Source: Prorocentrum cordatum (Eukaryota). Taken from it: a stretch of 64,000 nucleotides of DNA. The notes under the pieces are model-generated. The model made no database searches and had not been told where the DNA came from. It worked only from the letters and a program-made list of their open reading frames with translations. The position numbers were made by a program, and so were the translations under genes. The stretch is from assembly GCA_963575745.1 (NCBI GenBank), contig CAUYUJ010000292.1, positions 1 through 64,000 on the forward strand, written 5' to 3'. Shown here in pieces: positions 39,745 through 54,536 of the stretch. The stretch's first letter is position 1; each line of letters starts with the position of its first letter.

Positions 39745-40270
39745 ACAACAGTTCCACAGATGGAGGGCGGGTCGCTTTCAACATGTGGCTCTAGCCTTAG
39801 CGCCGCGCACATTCGTGTAAAAATTGCAAGAGCTTCACGGATTGAAGGCGGCTCCTTTTCAACTTGTGGCTCTCGCCTTAGCGCCGCACACATTCGTTCT
39901 GAAAATGTGCAAGGGTTTCACGGATTGGGGGCGGGTCGTTTTCAAAATGTGGATATCGCCTTAGCGCCTCGTTTGTAATAGCTACACACAATAACACACA
40001 AACACACAAACACACTTCACGGACTGAGGGCGGGTGGCTCTCAAAATGTGGTTCTCGCTTTAGCGCCGCGCGCAATCGTCTTAGAAATTTGCAAGAGTTT
40101 CACGGATTGAGGGCGGGTGGTTTTCAAAATGTGGTTCTCGTTTTAGCGCCGCGTACATTCGTTTAAAATGTTGCAAGAAGTTTCACGGATTGAGGGCGGC
40201 TCCTTTTCAAAATGTGGCTCTCGCCTTAGCGCCGCGCACATTCGATTTTTAATGTGCAAGAGCTTCACGG
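39745..40270. repeat. ~83-bp tandem repeat, about six copies
   Basis: TTAGCGCC recurs near 39797, 39878, 39961, 40060, 40143, 40226; decayed inverted copy at ~60740-61020. Confidence 0.88.
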
Positions 40271-40349
40271 GTTCTAAATGATCAACGCACCAGAAGCGGC
40301 GTTTTGGAAGGATTCAGGATTACGCGGGCGCAACAGTTCTGTTGGTTCG

Positions 40350-40597
40350 CTGTGTTGAAGTTCCCGACATGACGTTCTGGCACGATTCTGGATCGTCCAG
40401 ACGCAGCAGTTAGATTGTTACGTGGCGTTGAAATCCTCCCGAGAACAATGTTTTGGCACGCGTCAGGAACTTGAAACTATTGTCTTCCAACGAGGCAGCT
40501 CCCTCAATTGAAATGAACCGTTGTAGGGCCTATGAAGAGGGAGCTTGGAGGGAGGGTAAATTCGAACATCGTTGATGACTCTTGGGTTTCCACTGGT
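40350..40597 (+). repeat. Dispersed repeat ending in ...GGGTTTCCACTGGT directly before (CCT)n
   Basis: Homologous to ~57005-57246, with the same junction. Confidence 0.75.
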
Positions 40598-43018
40598 CCT
40601 CCTCCTCCTCCTCCTGTTCCTCCTCCTCCTTCTTTTCCTCCCTCCATCCTCCTCCTCCTCATCATTATCCTCCTATTGTTCCTCCTCCTCCTCCTGTTCC
40701 TCCTCCTCCTCCTCCTCCTCCTCCTCCTCCTCCTCCTCCGCCTCCTCCTCCTCCTCTTGCTCCCTCTCTGCCTCATCTCAAGCAAGACCGGCGCGAGTGT
40801 TTCAATGTGTTACGGACTCGTACCGAGGCCTCTCACTGCCGAGTAGTGCTTGAAAGGCAACGAGCCATCAGCCGGACCCTTTTCCGTCCAGGTTGGCGCT
40901 CTCCTCGCTGGCAAAGAGAGGATCATGGCGGCCACCGTTCGAGCGTGGTCCACCTGCAAGGCGTGCGGCACACATGAGTGGAACGACGCCCTGCAGGCCA
41001 ACGGGTGCAAGTGCAGGAAGTGCTCGCGGCAGGTGCGCCTGTTCAAGAGCAAGAGCAAGAATGACCAGGGTTCGTCCTCGACTCGAGACACCGTGGACTC
41101 GAGTCAGGTGCAGCCTACCGTCGAAGGCCCGCTCTCGCAGGCGGCGGCCATCACCAAGGACCCCACGCTGAAGCAAGTGATGGTGTCCCACTCGCGCGCG
41201 CTCGAGAAGTGTACGCAGGGCTCTCCCAGCGCGCTACCCGCGGGCGAAGCAGTGCGGCGAGCGGAGGGCGCCTGGAGGCAGGCTCCCCCCAGCACGAGCA
41301 GGTAGCAGCCCAGCCAGCCACAGCAGGACGGTGCAGGAGGAGGCCCAGCAGCCAACGGCAGCAGTGGCAGTGGCGAAGGGCCTCCTCTCATCGGCCTGAG
41401 TATGGGGTGCTTCGAGGAGGAGCAGAAGCCCGTGAAGCAGTTCGAGGCGGATCTGCAGCAGGCCAAGGACAACTTCGCGTCCGAGGCCGAGGAGATCCGC
41501 CAGTGGAAGACCTCGGCTGCCGACCTCAAGAAGAAGCTGCTGGAGCGCTTGCAGAAGAAGAGGAAGACCGAGGCCGCGGACTGCTCCACGGCGGCGGCGG
41601 CGGGCGGTGGCGGTGGCGGCCCAGCGCAGCCCTCGTCGGCGCCTTCGCCCGCGGCCCCCGCAGGTGCGCCAGCGGCTCCGTCCACCGAGGAGATCGAGCA
41701 GGAGGGCCAGAAGATCCGCATGGCCAAGGCTGCGGGCGAGCGAGCGGCAGCGGCGGCAGTGGCGGCAGCGGCGGCCGCGGGGCCTGGGCAGGCACCTTCG
41801 CCCGCCGCGGCCGCGGCGGCCGCCGCCTCGGAGACCCCCGCCCCAGCCAGCCTGGCCGCAGGGTCGCAGGACGCCGAGGGCGGCGCCGACCAGCTCGCGG
41901 AGACGCAGGAGGACGAGAGCAGTGGCAGTGGGGACTGCTCCACGTTCTTCGCGAACGCCGCCGCGCTCGGGAAGACGTCGCGGGCCCACCTCGGGAGCGG
42001 CGGGGTGCAGGAGAAGTGCCAGTACATGGGCGTCGTGGAGTCTCACGCGCTGGGGGGCGGGACCATTCGCAGCGAATGGGCTCGCAAGGCGCAGGCCACC
42101 AAGTGGCGCCACCTCGACAACGGCGCGCGCGGCTCGGGCAGGGGGAAGTCCGAGGCGGCGCGCGAGAGAGTCACGGAGGGCGGTGAGATCTTCCTGACCC
42201 GCAACTACAGGCATGTGCAGCGCTTCACGGTGAAGGCTCGCGACCTCCCCGCCTGCTGCGCTGCGGGATGCGACGCCTGCGACGGCTTCATGCCCGTCAT
42301 CGCCCACCAGATGGGCTACTCGTGCGTGGTCATCATCATGCACGGTCTGCCCAGCGTCGGTTTCACGATGGGCAATCTTTCTCGTTTCGGCGAGGTCGGC
42401 GGCATCGCCGGGAAATCGGCAGCGCGGCGAGCCCACATCTGGATTACAGTCGGGCTGCTGAAAGAAGGAACGATGAACACGGAATGAAGCCCGTTTTGGG
42501 CCCCACAAGCGCCTGCGTGCACGAGGAAGGCCAGAGGAAAAGCCATAAGGACCTGAGGAATACCGAGCTCCTTTCTTACCCAAACTGTTCCTTATTTCAA
42601 CGAACTGGCTGTATACCATCACAGGGTCGGCCTGCATTACATATACTCGGAGCGCTGAGGCTGTCAAGCCTGTCCCACGGCATCCACACTGCGGGCTGAA
42701 GATCCGTCTCAGAGACGAAGGGCAGCAGCTTTTGATGCGCAAGCTCGTCGCCGCACCCAGGCCCCCTCGCATCGAGCGGCCTCGCCAGGGCCCGACAGCG
42801 TGCTCCAAATCCAGCCAGGCTCGCGTCACTCGACTTCAGTGCGAGACCGCTCGCGAAAAGAACTGAGCCCTGCGCGACGAATCATTTTCCGATCTCTCGC
42901 AGCGCTCGCCCGAGGCGGGCCCGAGGGGTGAATCCAACAGCGGCAATGAGAAGGCCCCAGGGCCCGTCGCGCCCCCCCCGCCCCGAACGATGCGTTCTGC
43001 GAGGAATTCGATCATGTT

Positions 43019-43177
43019 TTAAGTAGGGCGTGTCCCCCTACAGGCGAATTTTCAACGAAAAAGAATAAAGACTCAAAAAATACTCCAGAGGGGTCAAAAA
43101 AGGCTCCAAAAAAAGTCCCCAGACTATTCTTTCCTGCTTTTGAATACTCCCCCCGTAGAGGGACAGGCCCGACTTAA
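43019..43177. mobile_element. TTAAGTCGGG MITE nested in A2
   Basis: TIR; decayed 8-bp TSD ATCATGTT/ATCCTGTC. Confidence 0.82.
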
Positions 43178-43399
43178 ATCCTGTCTGTTTTGAGGCCGAC
43201 GAGGAAGAGGCGGACCCCATGGGCCCACGGGCCCCGTGGCAGGCCCGCCGTGATCGGGCGGCTCCGGGGGTCCTCTCGGGTCTCCGACTCCGGCCGCGGG
43301 GCGTGGGGGCCAGGGGCCCGCCGGGTCTCCCGCTCGCGCCAGCAGCGCCCAGACTTCCGGCGTCAGTCTCGCGTCGGACGAATCGACCCGTGCATCTGC

Positions 43400-43980
43400 A
43401 CGAGCGAAAATATGTGCGGAAAGAATGGGTATGATACCGGAGCAAAAAACCCATCATAATCTTTTAAGGGCTGTAGGGCTATAGGGCTATATGGGCTGTA
43501 GGGCTATTGGGCTGTAGGGTAACAGAGCTACAGGGCTATAGGGCTATAGGGCTATAAGATATAGGGGTATGCGGCTATAGAGCTATAGGGCTATACGGCT
43601 ATAGGGCTATAGGGCTATTGAGATAAAGGGCTATAGAGCTATAGAGCTGAGGGTCTATAGGGCTATAGGGCTATAGGGCTATAGGGCTATAGGGCTATAG
43701 GGCTATAGGGCTATAGGGCTATCGGCGGCGAAAATCGATGGCAAACCTAACCTAACCATATGAATCCGCTAGGACCCCTACAGAGGCAAGCTCTGATTGG
43801 GGAACAATGCCCAACAGCAGTGCCTGTTCGTTTTGAACAGGACTCGCTGTCCGCGCCGCCGCGGCCTGTGTCCGTGTGAGACAGCAGGTAGCCTGCCCAA
43901 CAGCGGCCGCTGTTGGTTTGGGACAACCTTTGTTGTCGGGCAATGTACCCAATTTTTCCGTACCCGTTTCGGGCATCCAA
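43400..43980. mobile_element. MITE-like element (ATGCCCAACA family) interrupted by a (GGGCTATA)n element
   Basis: Reverse-oriented homologue of ~53733-53918 and ~55985-56150. Confidence 0.65.
43434..43800 (+). mobile_element. (GGGCTATA)n-array element, copy c
   Basis: Same head and tail as copies a and b; splits a host repeat. Confidence 0.8.
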
Positions 43981-44623
43981 GAGTATACCTGAGGGGGAGA
44001 GCGGGGCCCAACCCGGCGATCGTCCCGCCGGCAGAGCTGGCTCCACTTCCCTTGCCGACGCCGCCGCCGCTCCTCCTTTCCCCATCTGATCCGCCACTTG
44101 GCCCGCCGCCTCGGCCCAAGACCTCTGGCCCACCCTTTCGCCCGCCTCCGCGCTGCCCGCCGCGCCCCAGCCCCTGGCTTGCCAAGTCGGGCAGGGGCAC
44201 GTTTTGCACATCAGCAACAGGCACGCGTCGTGGGTCAGAGCAGTCGAAAGAGCCACCTCGCCTCATCACGTTATCGACAGCCCACGTCGGTCGCGAGCGG
44301 ACGGCGACTCGTGATCGCGCCAGCGCATCAGGGCGCGCGAGCAGACACTACGCGATCAGGTAGCGAGTTGGCGGTCCAGTGCTCATTCAGTCACGCAGAA
44401 AATACTCCGTCATCGTTGCAGGAAGAACGGGCCAGCTCAGACTCGACATTTGCGCTGCGCGCAGCAGCGGAGAAGATCGGCAACGGTGTGGGTTGAGCCA
44501 GTCAAGCCCTGCAGCTTCGGTCAGCGGCAGGAGTTGCGCGGCGACCTCTCGCGGCTCGACAGCGCCGGCGTCGAGCGCATCAATCATCTGGAGGCGTGGA
44601 CTTTCAGAGGCACCAGGTTTGAG

Positions 44624-44847
44624 CAGGGACCGACCGTCCCGGCATTCCTATAGTCCTACCACGAAGAGTTCTTAGAACCCAAAAACGTTCTAATAACAAA
44701 AACCATGTTCTTAGAACATAAGCCCGATGTGATAAAGCAAGACAGCCCCAGCCAGAAGTGCTCTAAGAACAGTTCGTGGAAAGCACAGAAAGATTCTTAG
44801 AACATTCTCTGGCAGGGCTATAGGCGAGCCAGGACGCTTCGCCACTG
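44624..44847. mobile_element. CAG...CTG MITE
   Basis: Full-length homologue of 11892-12113. Confidence 0.75.
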
Positions 44848-46214
44848 AATGACAGGTGCGCCGAGGCCAGAGCCGCATCGTCGTCGCTTCGGTCTTTCCA
44901 GGACTGGATCTCGCCCATGCCCGCCGCGGCGGCGATCCACAAGAGCCTGAAGGGCCCCCAGCCCGTCAGCGACGAGCTGCATTCCGAGCCTCATTGCACC
45001 GTGCATCCGCTTGACATAATCGACACGAAAGTCGAGAAATACCAGACCTCGTGGAGCTCAGTGTCTTTGACATACGCAGCATTGGATGATTTGTGTTCGC
45101 TCATTCACAAGCATGCCAGAGTCGAGCCGCTGGATCCGATCACGGCCTCAGAGTTGCGACGTGCGCTGTCTCGGATGAAGAGCAAGGCGGGCTTGAGCAT
45201 CGATCAGCTCCCACCGCTCGACGCAGAGAGGTTACCCGACATCGCTCTCGAGAGCGCATGCCAGCTGCATGCTACATCCCCAGGCCTAAAGTTTGTTTCC
45301 TCTTACATGGGAACGCATGGATCCATTTGGATACAATTACGTGTGTGCGATAGTCACGTGGATCCAATTTCCGTGTCTTCTGGATCCAATGTTTTGGCGT
45401 GGAAGTTTCGTGGATCCAATTCTTCTGCTGGAATAAAATTGTAGCAAATAATAAAAAGGGACCCAAGGGGAAGTGGATCCGCGGAGCCTTGCACCTGCAG
45501 CCCAAGCCATGATTCTACGGGGGAGGGGTTTCCCTACCGAGAGACACAACACACGGGGACGAGTAGGGAAACACAAACCAGGGCCTGGCCAACCCCCGCA
45601 GCCTCACATAACATATGCCGCACCCCACCTCGACGCGAGCGCGATATGATCGCTGCGTCCGCATCCACTAAAGCCAACGACACTTCGCATTTGTCATGTG
45701 GGCCTCAAGAGGAAAATCTCTCGGCCTGCTCAAGTGTGATGGAGGATGGCCACCCAGGGCCCCGGCAGGTCTCGGCCTCTGCGGGCCGCCTGCTGGCGAA
45801 GAAGGGGGGAGGGGACAGGGTCACAGGACAGCCGGCGACGCTGCGCAGGATCTGGGCCCATGCGCAGGGAGCCCCCCACGAGGCAGTGGCCAGCGGAGCA
45901 CGAGCCCACGTGGCACGCGGCGATGGCCAACAACAGCGCGATGAGGGAGGCCTTCCTTCGCGCGCTCACTGATGAGGTGGCATCCGAGATGGACATGCCT
46001 CACGGCCGTTCGCTCGTGGGCATTCAGCCCTTCTGCGGCAGTATCGAGTTTGGTCCTTTTAGCCCGAGGGGCTATCAAGCTTGGCCATCCGCCTGCGCTG
46101 CTTGATCTGCATTTGCAACTATTATCCAAATAGCCTTGCCCTATAGGAGTCCTAGCTCAAACCCTACTTATTGGTCCGTTGCCCCCCCCCTAATTCCTAT
46201 GTCCCCAACCCAAT

Positions 46215-46495
46215 TTCCTATGGTTATGCCTATGCCTATGCCTATGCCTATGCCTATGCCTATGCCTATGCCTATGCCTATGCCTATGCCTATGCCTATG
46301 CCTCCCCCTAACTCCTGTACCTACGCCTATGCCTATGCCAGCCTGCTTGCGTGCTTGCTTGCTTGCTTGCTTGCTTGCTGCCGCGCTCGCACGTTTGCTT
46401 GCTTGCTCGCGTGCTTGATTGCTCGCTTGGTTGCTTGCTTGCATGCTTGCCTGCGTGCTTGCTTGCGCTTGCTTGCACGCTTGCTTGCTTGCTGA
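46215..46495. repeat. (CCTATG)n and (GCTT)n microsatellites inside the A2 RT region
   Basis: Read directly. Confidence 0.9.
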
Positions 46496-49024
46496 GTTGC
46501 GGACTCCAAGCATGCTTGATTTCTCTGATTCCTCGAGTTGAGTCGTCTAATATATTTGTTGTCAACGCTGGCTGATATGTTTGGGCCCCAGGACCATTGC
46601 TCAGTTGGATTCGTTCTCTGATTGTTTCAGACTGCACGGTCAGTGGTCCGAGGACTACGCGATGGCACTCGGTACGCCAGGTGCATGCCCCATTGGGTTG
46701 GCCAGCGCTTGCGCATTGCCCATCCGACCATGCCCGAGAGGCTCTGGAGTGACGACCGTTCGCAGCGAGCGTGTGGATCACGCTCTCACGTTCGGGCCAC
46801 CCTCATCATAGGAAGAACCCTGACGGCCGAGCTCCTCAGAGACCAGCAGTTGAGCCTCCCCCCAAAGAGCGCCCCCACCTGCTCACATCCTGAGGATGCT
46901 CGTGCAGCTGCTCGCGCGTTGAGGAGACGGCCCATCATGATCCCCCCCACCCTTCAGGCCAGCTACCTCGGCTTGGACCTGGGAGTTGGACGACGACATG
47001 CACGTGAGACGGCGAGGAAGCTCGTCGCCAAGGGCGGGACCCAAGCTGCCAAGCTTAGGGGCTTCGCTGGAGCGGCTTGTCGCTTCCACGCTACGGCCAA
47101 GTTTCAAAGAGCTGGGCCCCAAGCAATCTCCACCGACGGGCGCTAGGTCTACGACGCCCACGGCAGCCACATGGTCGCGCAGCGCAGGAGGCTCGCCACA
47201 GCGGCTGGAGCTATGCGCCGCGGCCGCTGCACCACGACGCCGCTTGCCATCCGCGTGACAGACGGAGACCCAGGCTTGGCGTTGCCCCGTTAGTGCCTGC
47301 AGAAATGGTTCAGCGTGTGGCTCGGAGCCCAGGATTAGGCCAAGTGTTCAGCGCGTGAGTTGTCTTGCGGAGGCCAGCCGAGCTTGACATGTTCGCGGAC
47401 CTGTCTTTGCTGATATTACTTATTTGTCGTCTGCGAGGCGGAACTCCATCACTGCCACATAATGGAACACGTCGAATGACATCGCCGAGGACAGGTCTTG
47501 CTGGAAGCAAGGTAATGATCAGTTCTTTGCCTTGGACCAGGCGACCCCACTTATGGATAAGTTGGAGAGATTCCTCAGCAGACGGCAACTGAGGAAAGCA
47601 GCGGAGCATCTTTGCGGCAGCGGGCTCGGGGAGGGTGCAGACCTTCTCAGCCTTCGCAAGTGTATTCCTGAGTTACAGTTCGTTCGCAAAGGCCGTCAAC
47701 TTGCTGAGCTGATGGCATCTATCGCCTCGGGCGTCGCGTGGACCAACCTTCGGAAGCGGGAAGCAGGGCTGCGTGAGTCGGCCGGGTGCGAGCGCTGCGG
47801 ACATCAGATCGAGTCAGCTTTCCATCGCGTCTGGCCATGTCAGGACAACGAGGGTTCTCCCGAGCCTCCACGGAGTCCCAGGACTGCTCCCCTGAGGCTG
47901 CCGCGGAGCAGGAGGCGCACGCTTGTTTCTCGATGCGGGGCTTGACCATCGCCGACTGGACACGCGCGACGGAGCCGCCAGACATCGAGCCGTGGGTCAC
48001 GGGCAACATCGACGGGCGCCTGGCGCCCGGCTGCCCGGGCGAGGGCTCGGCGGGCTCGGAGGACACCCCGCGGCTGGTGTTCGGCGACGCCTCGGGAGGT
48101 GCGGACACCATGGACGTGCGTCTGAGGCGCGTCGGGGAGGCCGCGACAGTCATCACCGACTTCGGGCCCGTGCAGACGGGGCCCTACGTGCTGGGGTCGC
48201 CTGCAGGGAGGAGCCAATCGGTTCCTCGAGGCGAGGTCGCGGCCCTCGAGGTCACGATCCGCCGGTCGCGAGGCTGGGTCATCTACGTGACGAGCTGAGA
48301 GGAGGTGTGCAGAGGATGGTGGGAGGGTTTGGCCATGTCACCAGCTGGACCCCACGCCGACCTGTGGCGCGCCATGGTCGACGAGCTCGCGAGGGCTGCG
48401 GCCAGCCGCGCCAGAGCGCCAGCCGAGGACCGACAGCATGTGAAGCTCGCCGAGATCAAGGCCAGCCGTGTGAGGAGGAGGCTCTTGCGTGTCGCTCCCG
48501 AGGTGCTTCAGACTGAGCGTCTCAGCACTGCACGCGCTCGAGCGAGTCAGCAGCACGGGGGTGATGCGCCTGCCCCTCCACCGCCTCCTCCCCCTCCTCC
48601 TGTCGAGCGGCGTCCGCCGCCCGCCCCGGCGATAGCTGCTCAGCACGTCCTGACCGAGGACGGTCGAGCCTGTAGCGGTTGCTTCTCGCCGGGCTCCATG
48701 CCCGAGCTTTGCGCCTGGCTACATGAGTCCGTGTGCGCGCGCCGCTCGAGGCTGTTGATGGGCGTCCGCTCAGATTGCCTGCATGACGGCGTTTGCACAC
48801 CGCTGGAGGTTGGGCCCACCCCTCACAGAAGTTGTTAGTTCATGGTGTGCTTCGTATGTGGTTCTGCAAATCGTGCGGCGCTTTCGGCCGAGACCAACTC
48901 AGGGGTCTAGCGAAGGCGTGCTGCACCGAATACACAACGAAGTCACGCCGCGAGCATTTAGACAGAATGTCTCGCGTCTTGCATCCCAAAGCCTCGTGTG
49001 ATAGCGGAATATCCTGGAATACCC

Positions 49025-50497
<1,473 letters not shown>

Positions 50498-51123
50498 GCC
50501 ACCGCTACGAGCACCATCACTGCACTACTCTCTCAGTTATGGACTTGATGCAGTGGCGCCACAGAGAGAGAGAGAGCCAAAGTCGATTCGAGCCCCCTTT
50601 CCCCTGCATATCCTGCTCATTCCCCCGTTGCAACCCCCACTGTACACTGCATCTCTCTTAGCCTCCCTCCCCTCTTTCCCCTCGAGGATCGAAGTGACAG
50701 GATTGAGGCAACAGGTTGGGGAGCCTGGCAGCGAAATGATATCGTACTACTTCTGGCTTCTGGCACGTGAAAACTGCAACCCTGCCACGCAAGCGCCGTC
50801 ATCCTGTGAGCACACTCCTGCAATGCCTGGCGAACGCCAGGGCCGACGCTCTAGAGGCGGAAGATGAAGGGGCCCTGGGACACTTTCTAGATTTTCGCAT
50901 TCCCCCCCCCCATTCCCATATTTTCCCATATTTTCCGGGGAATCGACGACGATTCCTTGTGCCTATGTGTCCTCTCCCCTCCTGAGCGTCGAACGGCAGG
51001 GGGTTGACGCTCTGGAGGGCGGAAGAGGCTGCAGCCCCAGGAGGGAGGGGAGAGGAGAGCGGCAGGCCCACGCCGCGAGGCCAGAGCTGCTGCGTGCCCG
51101 GCGCCCGGGGAGCCGCTCTCCGA

Positions 51124-51320
51124 TCGGACCGGGCGAAAGGGGGGGGAAAGCAAAAGGGGGCCATTGAGAACCAACTCACGTAACTGACTTTCCTGGCGCC
51201 TCCCGGCGCCGGAGGCGCCCATGTATCAAGGAATGGGCCCCTCGGTGGGGCCGAAACCAGCTGCATGCAGCAGATTTCGCAACCCCCCCTTTCCCAATCC
51301 CCCCCTTTCGTCCGGCCCGA
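51124..51320. mobile_element. TCGG...CCGA MITE
   Basis: TIR; 5-bp TSD TCCGA. Confidence 0.85.
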
Positions 51321-52942
51321 TCCGAGGTCCCCGGGGGCTGGCGGACAGGGACGTGCTTGGGCCCCCAGGGGGGGTCGGGCAGTCCATGTTCGCCGCCTCC
51401 CGAGGTCCAGATTGGTTCCCCAGGCGGCGGATACCTCCTCCTCCTCCTCCTCCTCCTCCTCCTCCTCCTCCTCCTCCTCCCAGCCGCGGACACGCGCTGT
51501 TACTCTGCAGCGCAAGCGCGAAGCAGATGCCATGCGCCAACGCCCACGGAAGGCAAGCACCGCGCAGCAGACACGAGAGTCCCGCCTCGCACAGAGAGTG
51601 CTCGCGTGATGGTTGAGGCTGACCGAGCGTGCGGTGGCTGGCGGTGAGCGCAGGCACCATATCAATGCGAGGCCAAGGTGTGCGTTACACTGAAGGATGT
51701 TCCCCCAAGGTTCTCAGAACTGCCCCCTCATGGAGCAGAGCCTACACATCGCCAGCAGAGACGCAACGTCCGAAACGCATCGCCTGTCCAGATACCAAGG
51801 TCCCGAAGTGGCAGCAGCTTGTCCAAGCTGCCAGATTCCCGCGAGTCCCAAGAGGTGGTCCTAGCGATCCCACGCGCCCTCTGGTAGGAGGTGAGGAGGG
51901 GAAGGAGTCCAGGAGGCGGAGGAGGCGCAGGAGAAAAAGGAAGAGGAGAGGGAGGAGGAGGAGGAGGAGGCGCAGGAGGAGGAGGAGGAGGAGGAGGGAG
52001 GGAGAGGAGGAGGAGGGGGAGGGAGGGGAGGGGAGGAGGGAGGAGGCCGGAGGGGGAGAGGGGGAGGAGAGGGGAGGAGGCCGGAGAGAAGAGGAGGGGG
52101 GGGAGGAGGAGGATAGGAGGGGGGAGGAGGAGGAGGAGGAGGAGGAGGGAGGCCTCAGAAGAGGAGGAGGAGGAGGAGGAGAGGAGGAGGAGGAGGTTCC
52201 TTCTTCGATTTTGGGGAGGAGGAGGAGGAGGAGGAGGAGGAGGAGGAGAGGGAGGAGGGGGAGGAGCACGAGGAGTGAGAGGAGCAGGAGGAGGCACATC
52301 GCCCACGTTCCCTCAGGACCCCCTCCTGGGCGGCGCGCACGGGGAGGTCCGAGGGGCGCGGCCTCCTGAAAATGCGGGAGGGGCCTCTGCGAAGGTTCGG
52401 TGCCAACTCACGGGAGCCTCCCATACCGTCTTGCCGGCCCTGGCTCCTCGACGCCACACCGACGCTGAACCGACGCTCCATCGACGCTGCGCCGACGCGG
52501 ATCGACGCCCGGCGGCGCCACGTCGACGCCAGTGGGGTCGACGTGAAGGTGCTGCCGAACGAAAGCAGAGGGGGGGTCTCCTCTTGAGGCCCCCTCGGCG
52601 ACCAAGACGGCGCGCCGGACGCCTCCAGGGCCGGTCTGCGGGGGCCGGGCCCTGCCCTTCTCCGGAGCCCGCTCGGCGGCCGAGAGGGGGGCGGCGGGCC
52701 AGAGGCCTCCGGAGCCCCGCCTCCGAGGGCCCCATGCCTTCTGGGAAGCCCCACGCCCTGTGAGCAGGCGGGGGGTCTCGAAGCCCCCTCTCTCTCGGCA
52801 GCGAGGACCTCGTGCCAGGCGCCTCCGGGCCCCCTCCCAAGGCCCCTGCCTTCTGAGAAGCAGCCCACCTTCTAAGGAGGCCGCGCCCCCCCCCCCCGCG
52901 AGCCACCCCCATGGTGTGCGCCGCTGCTCCACCTCCACGGTA

Positions 52943-53118
52943 CCGTAAAGGCCCGATCACAAGAAGCCTTACACAAGAAACCCAACCGTGAGACCCCAGG
53001 ACGTCCGTCGGTTTTTGGTGTGGAAACGTCACGCCTTCCACAGCAAAACCATCGAAACCCAAGAAACCCAGGGCACCCTGGAGGCGAGCAGGGTGCTTCT
53101 TGGCATGGGCCCCCACTG
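52943..53118. mobile_element. 176-bp TA-flanked MITE
   Basis: Family homology, TA on both sides. Confidence 0.83.
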
Positions 53119-53209
53119 TAATCCCAGGTTGGCCCCCTGGATCACCGAGGTCCCATCGACGGCTCTGCCATGGCCTGTCGGTCAGCCAGCCTCCTCCTCC
53201 ACCCGAGTG

Positions 53210-53335
53210 ATAGGGTAGGCATGTCCCCCCAAAAATACCCAGACATGGACCAAAGATGCCCCCAAAAAAAACGTCCCCCGACTATGTGTGCCTGTTCTTG
53301 AATACTCCTCCTGCAGAGGGACATGCCCGACTTCA
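53210..53335. mobile_element. TTAAGTCGGG MITE, decayed
   Basis: Right end AGAGGGACATGCCCGACTTCA. Confidence 0.65.
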
Positions 53336-53732
53336 CCCTGGCCCGTCGGTCAGCCAGCCTCCTCCTCCTCCGAGGTGTACAGAGAAGGGGGGCGCGTGCG
53401 CCGCCACGAGGCCGGCGCGGGCCCCGCGCATCGGAGAGCAGAGAGCGGCACGGGCACACAAACGCTCGGAGGCCCACGCGGAGTTCTCGGGTCGGCGCTG
53501 GACTCCTGGCGGGGAGACGCAAGACTCGGGTGCGGGGGGCTCAGGTTGGCCAGATCGGGCCATCGCAACAATGGCGAGACCCAATCTGAAATTTCACGCG
53601 AGCTCACGGTGCAGACATCCCACGCGAAAACCAGACCGTCAAAGTCCATGACGCGCTCGTCAAAGAAACGTCGGCAAGCCCGAGTGCAGGCTTACTCGAG
53701 TCTTACGTTTCCCCGATCACTGGACGCCCACA

Positions 53733-53918
53733 ATGGGTGCGGAAAAAACGGCACGATGCCCAACATCAAATGCTTTCTCTAAAGTCGACAGCGGTCGCTA
53801 TTATTGGGCAGGCGGCCCCGTGTGTCAATATGGACCACACGTCCGCAACGACGCGGGCAACGAGCAGGAGCTGCTGCTGGGCATCGTGCCCATGCTCTCC
53901 GTATCCATTTCGTTCGCG
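53733..53918. mobile_element. MITE-like element (ATGCCCAACA family)
   Basis: Inverted GGCACGATGCCCAACA / TGCTGGGCATCGTGCC. Confidence 0.65.
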
Positions 53919-54536
53919 CCGAGCCTCCTCCTCTTCCTCCTCCTCATCCTCCTTCCTCCTCCTCCTCCTCCTGCTCCTCCTCCTCCTCCTCCTCCTCCTG
54001 CTCCTCCTCCTCCTCCTCCTCCTCCTTCCTCCTCCTTCCTCCTCCCTCCTCCTCCTCCTCCTCCTCCTCCTCCTCCATCCTCTTCTCCTCCTCGCCTCCT
54101 CCACCGTCCTCCTCCTCCTCCCTCCCCCCCCTCCACCTCCTCCTCCTCCTCCTCTCCTCCTCCTCCACCTCCTCCTCCTCCTCCTCCACCTCCTCCTCAC
54201 CTCCTCCCCCTCCCCCTCCTCCTCCCCTCCTCCTCCTCCTCCTCCTCCTCCTCCTCCTCCTCCTCCTCCTCCTCCTCCTCCTCCTCCTCCTCCTCCTCCC
54301 TCCTCCTCCTCCACCCCTCCTCCTCCTCCTCCTCCTCCTCCTCCTCCTCCTCCTCCTCCTCCTCCTCCTCCTCCTCCTCCTCCTCCTCCTCCTCCTCCTC
54401 CTCCTCCTCCTCCTGCCTCCCCGCCAACCCCCGGGTGGCGCCCGCGGCGGCGACCCCAGCGCTGGGGGAGGAGGGCGCGGGGAGCGGGGTCCAGCGCCCA
54501 GTCGGGAGATCCGCGCGGACCTCCGAGAGCGTACGG

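Larger units (their letters stand above)
40777..49020 (+). mobile_element. Decayed non-LTR retrotransposon copy A2 with nested insertions (within ~43000-44850, ~45260-45720, ~46130-46500)
   Basis: Collinear homology to A1: ORF1 zinc finger (from 40925), EN (VVESH, DGFMPVI), RT (LRRALSRMKSK, RSVVRGLRDG, YLGLDLG), RNase H (FGDASGG, RGEV, ADLW), C-terminal WFCKSCG. Confidence 0.88.

Noticed and set aside
39745..40270. CRISPR-like 83-bp periodicity
   Set aside because: The inter-motif segments are homologous to each other; it is a diverged tandem repeat.
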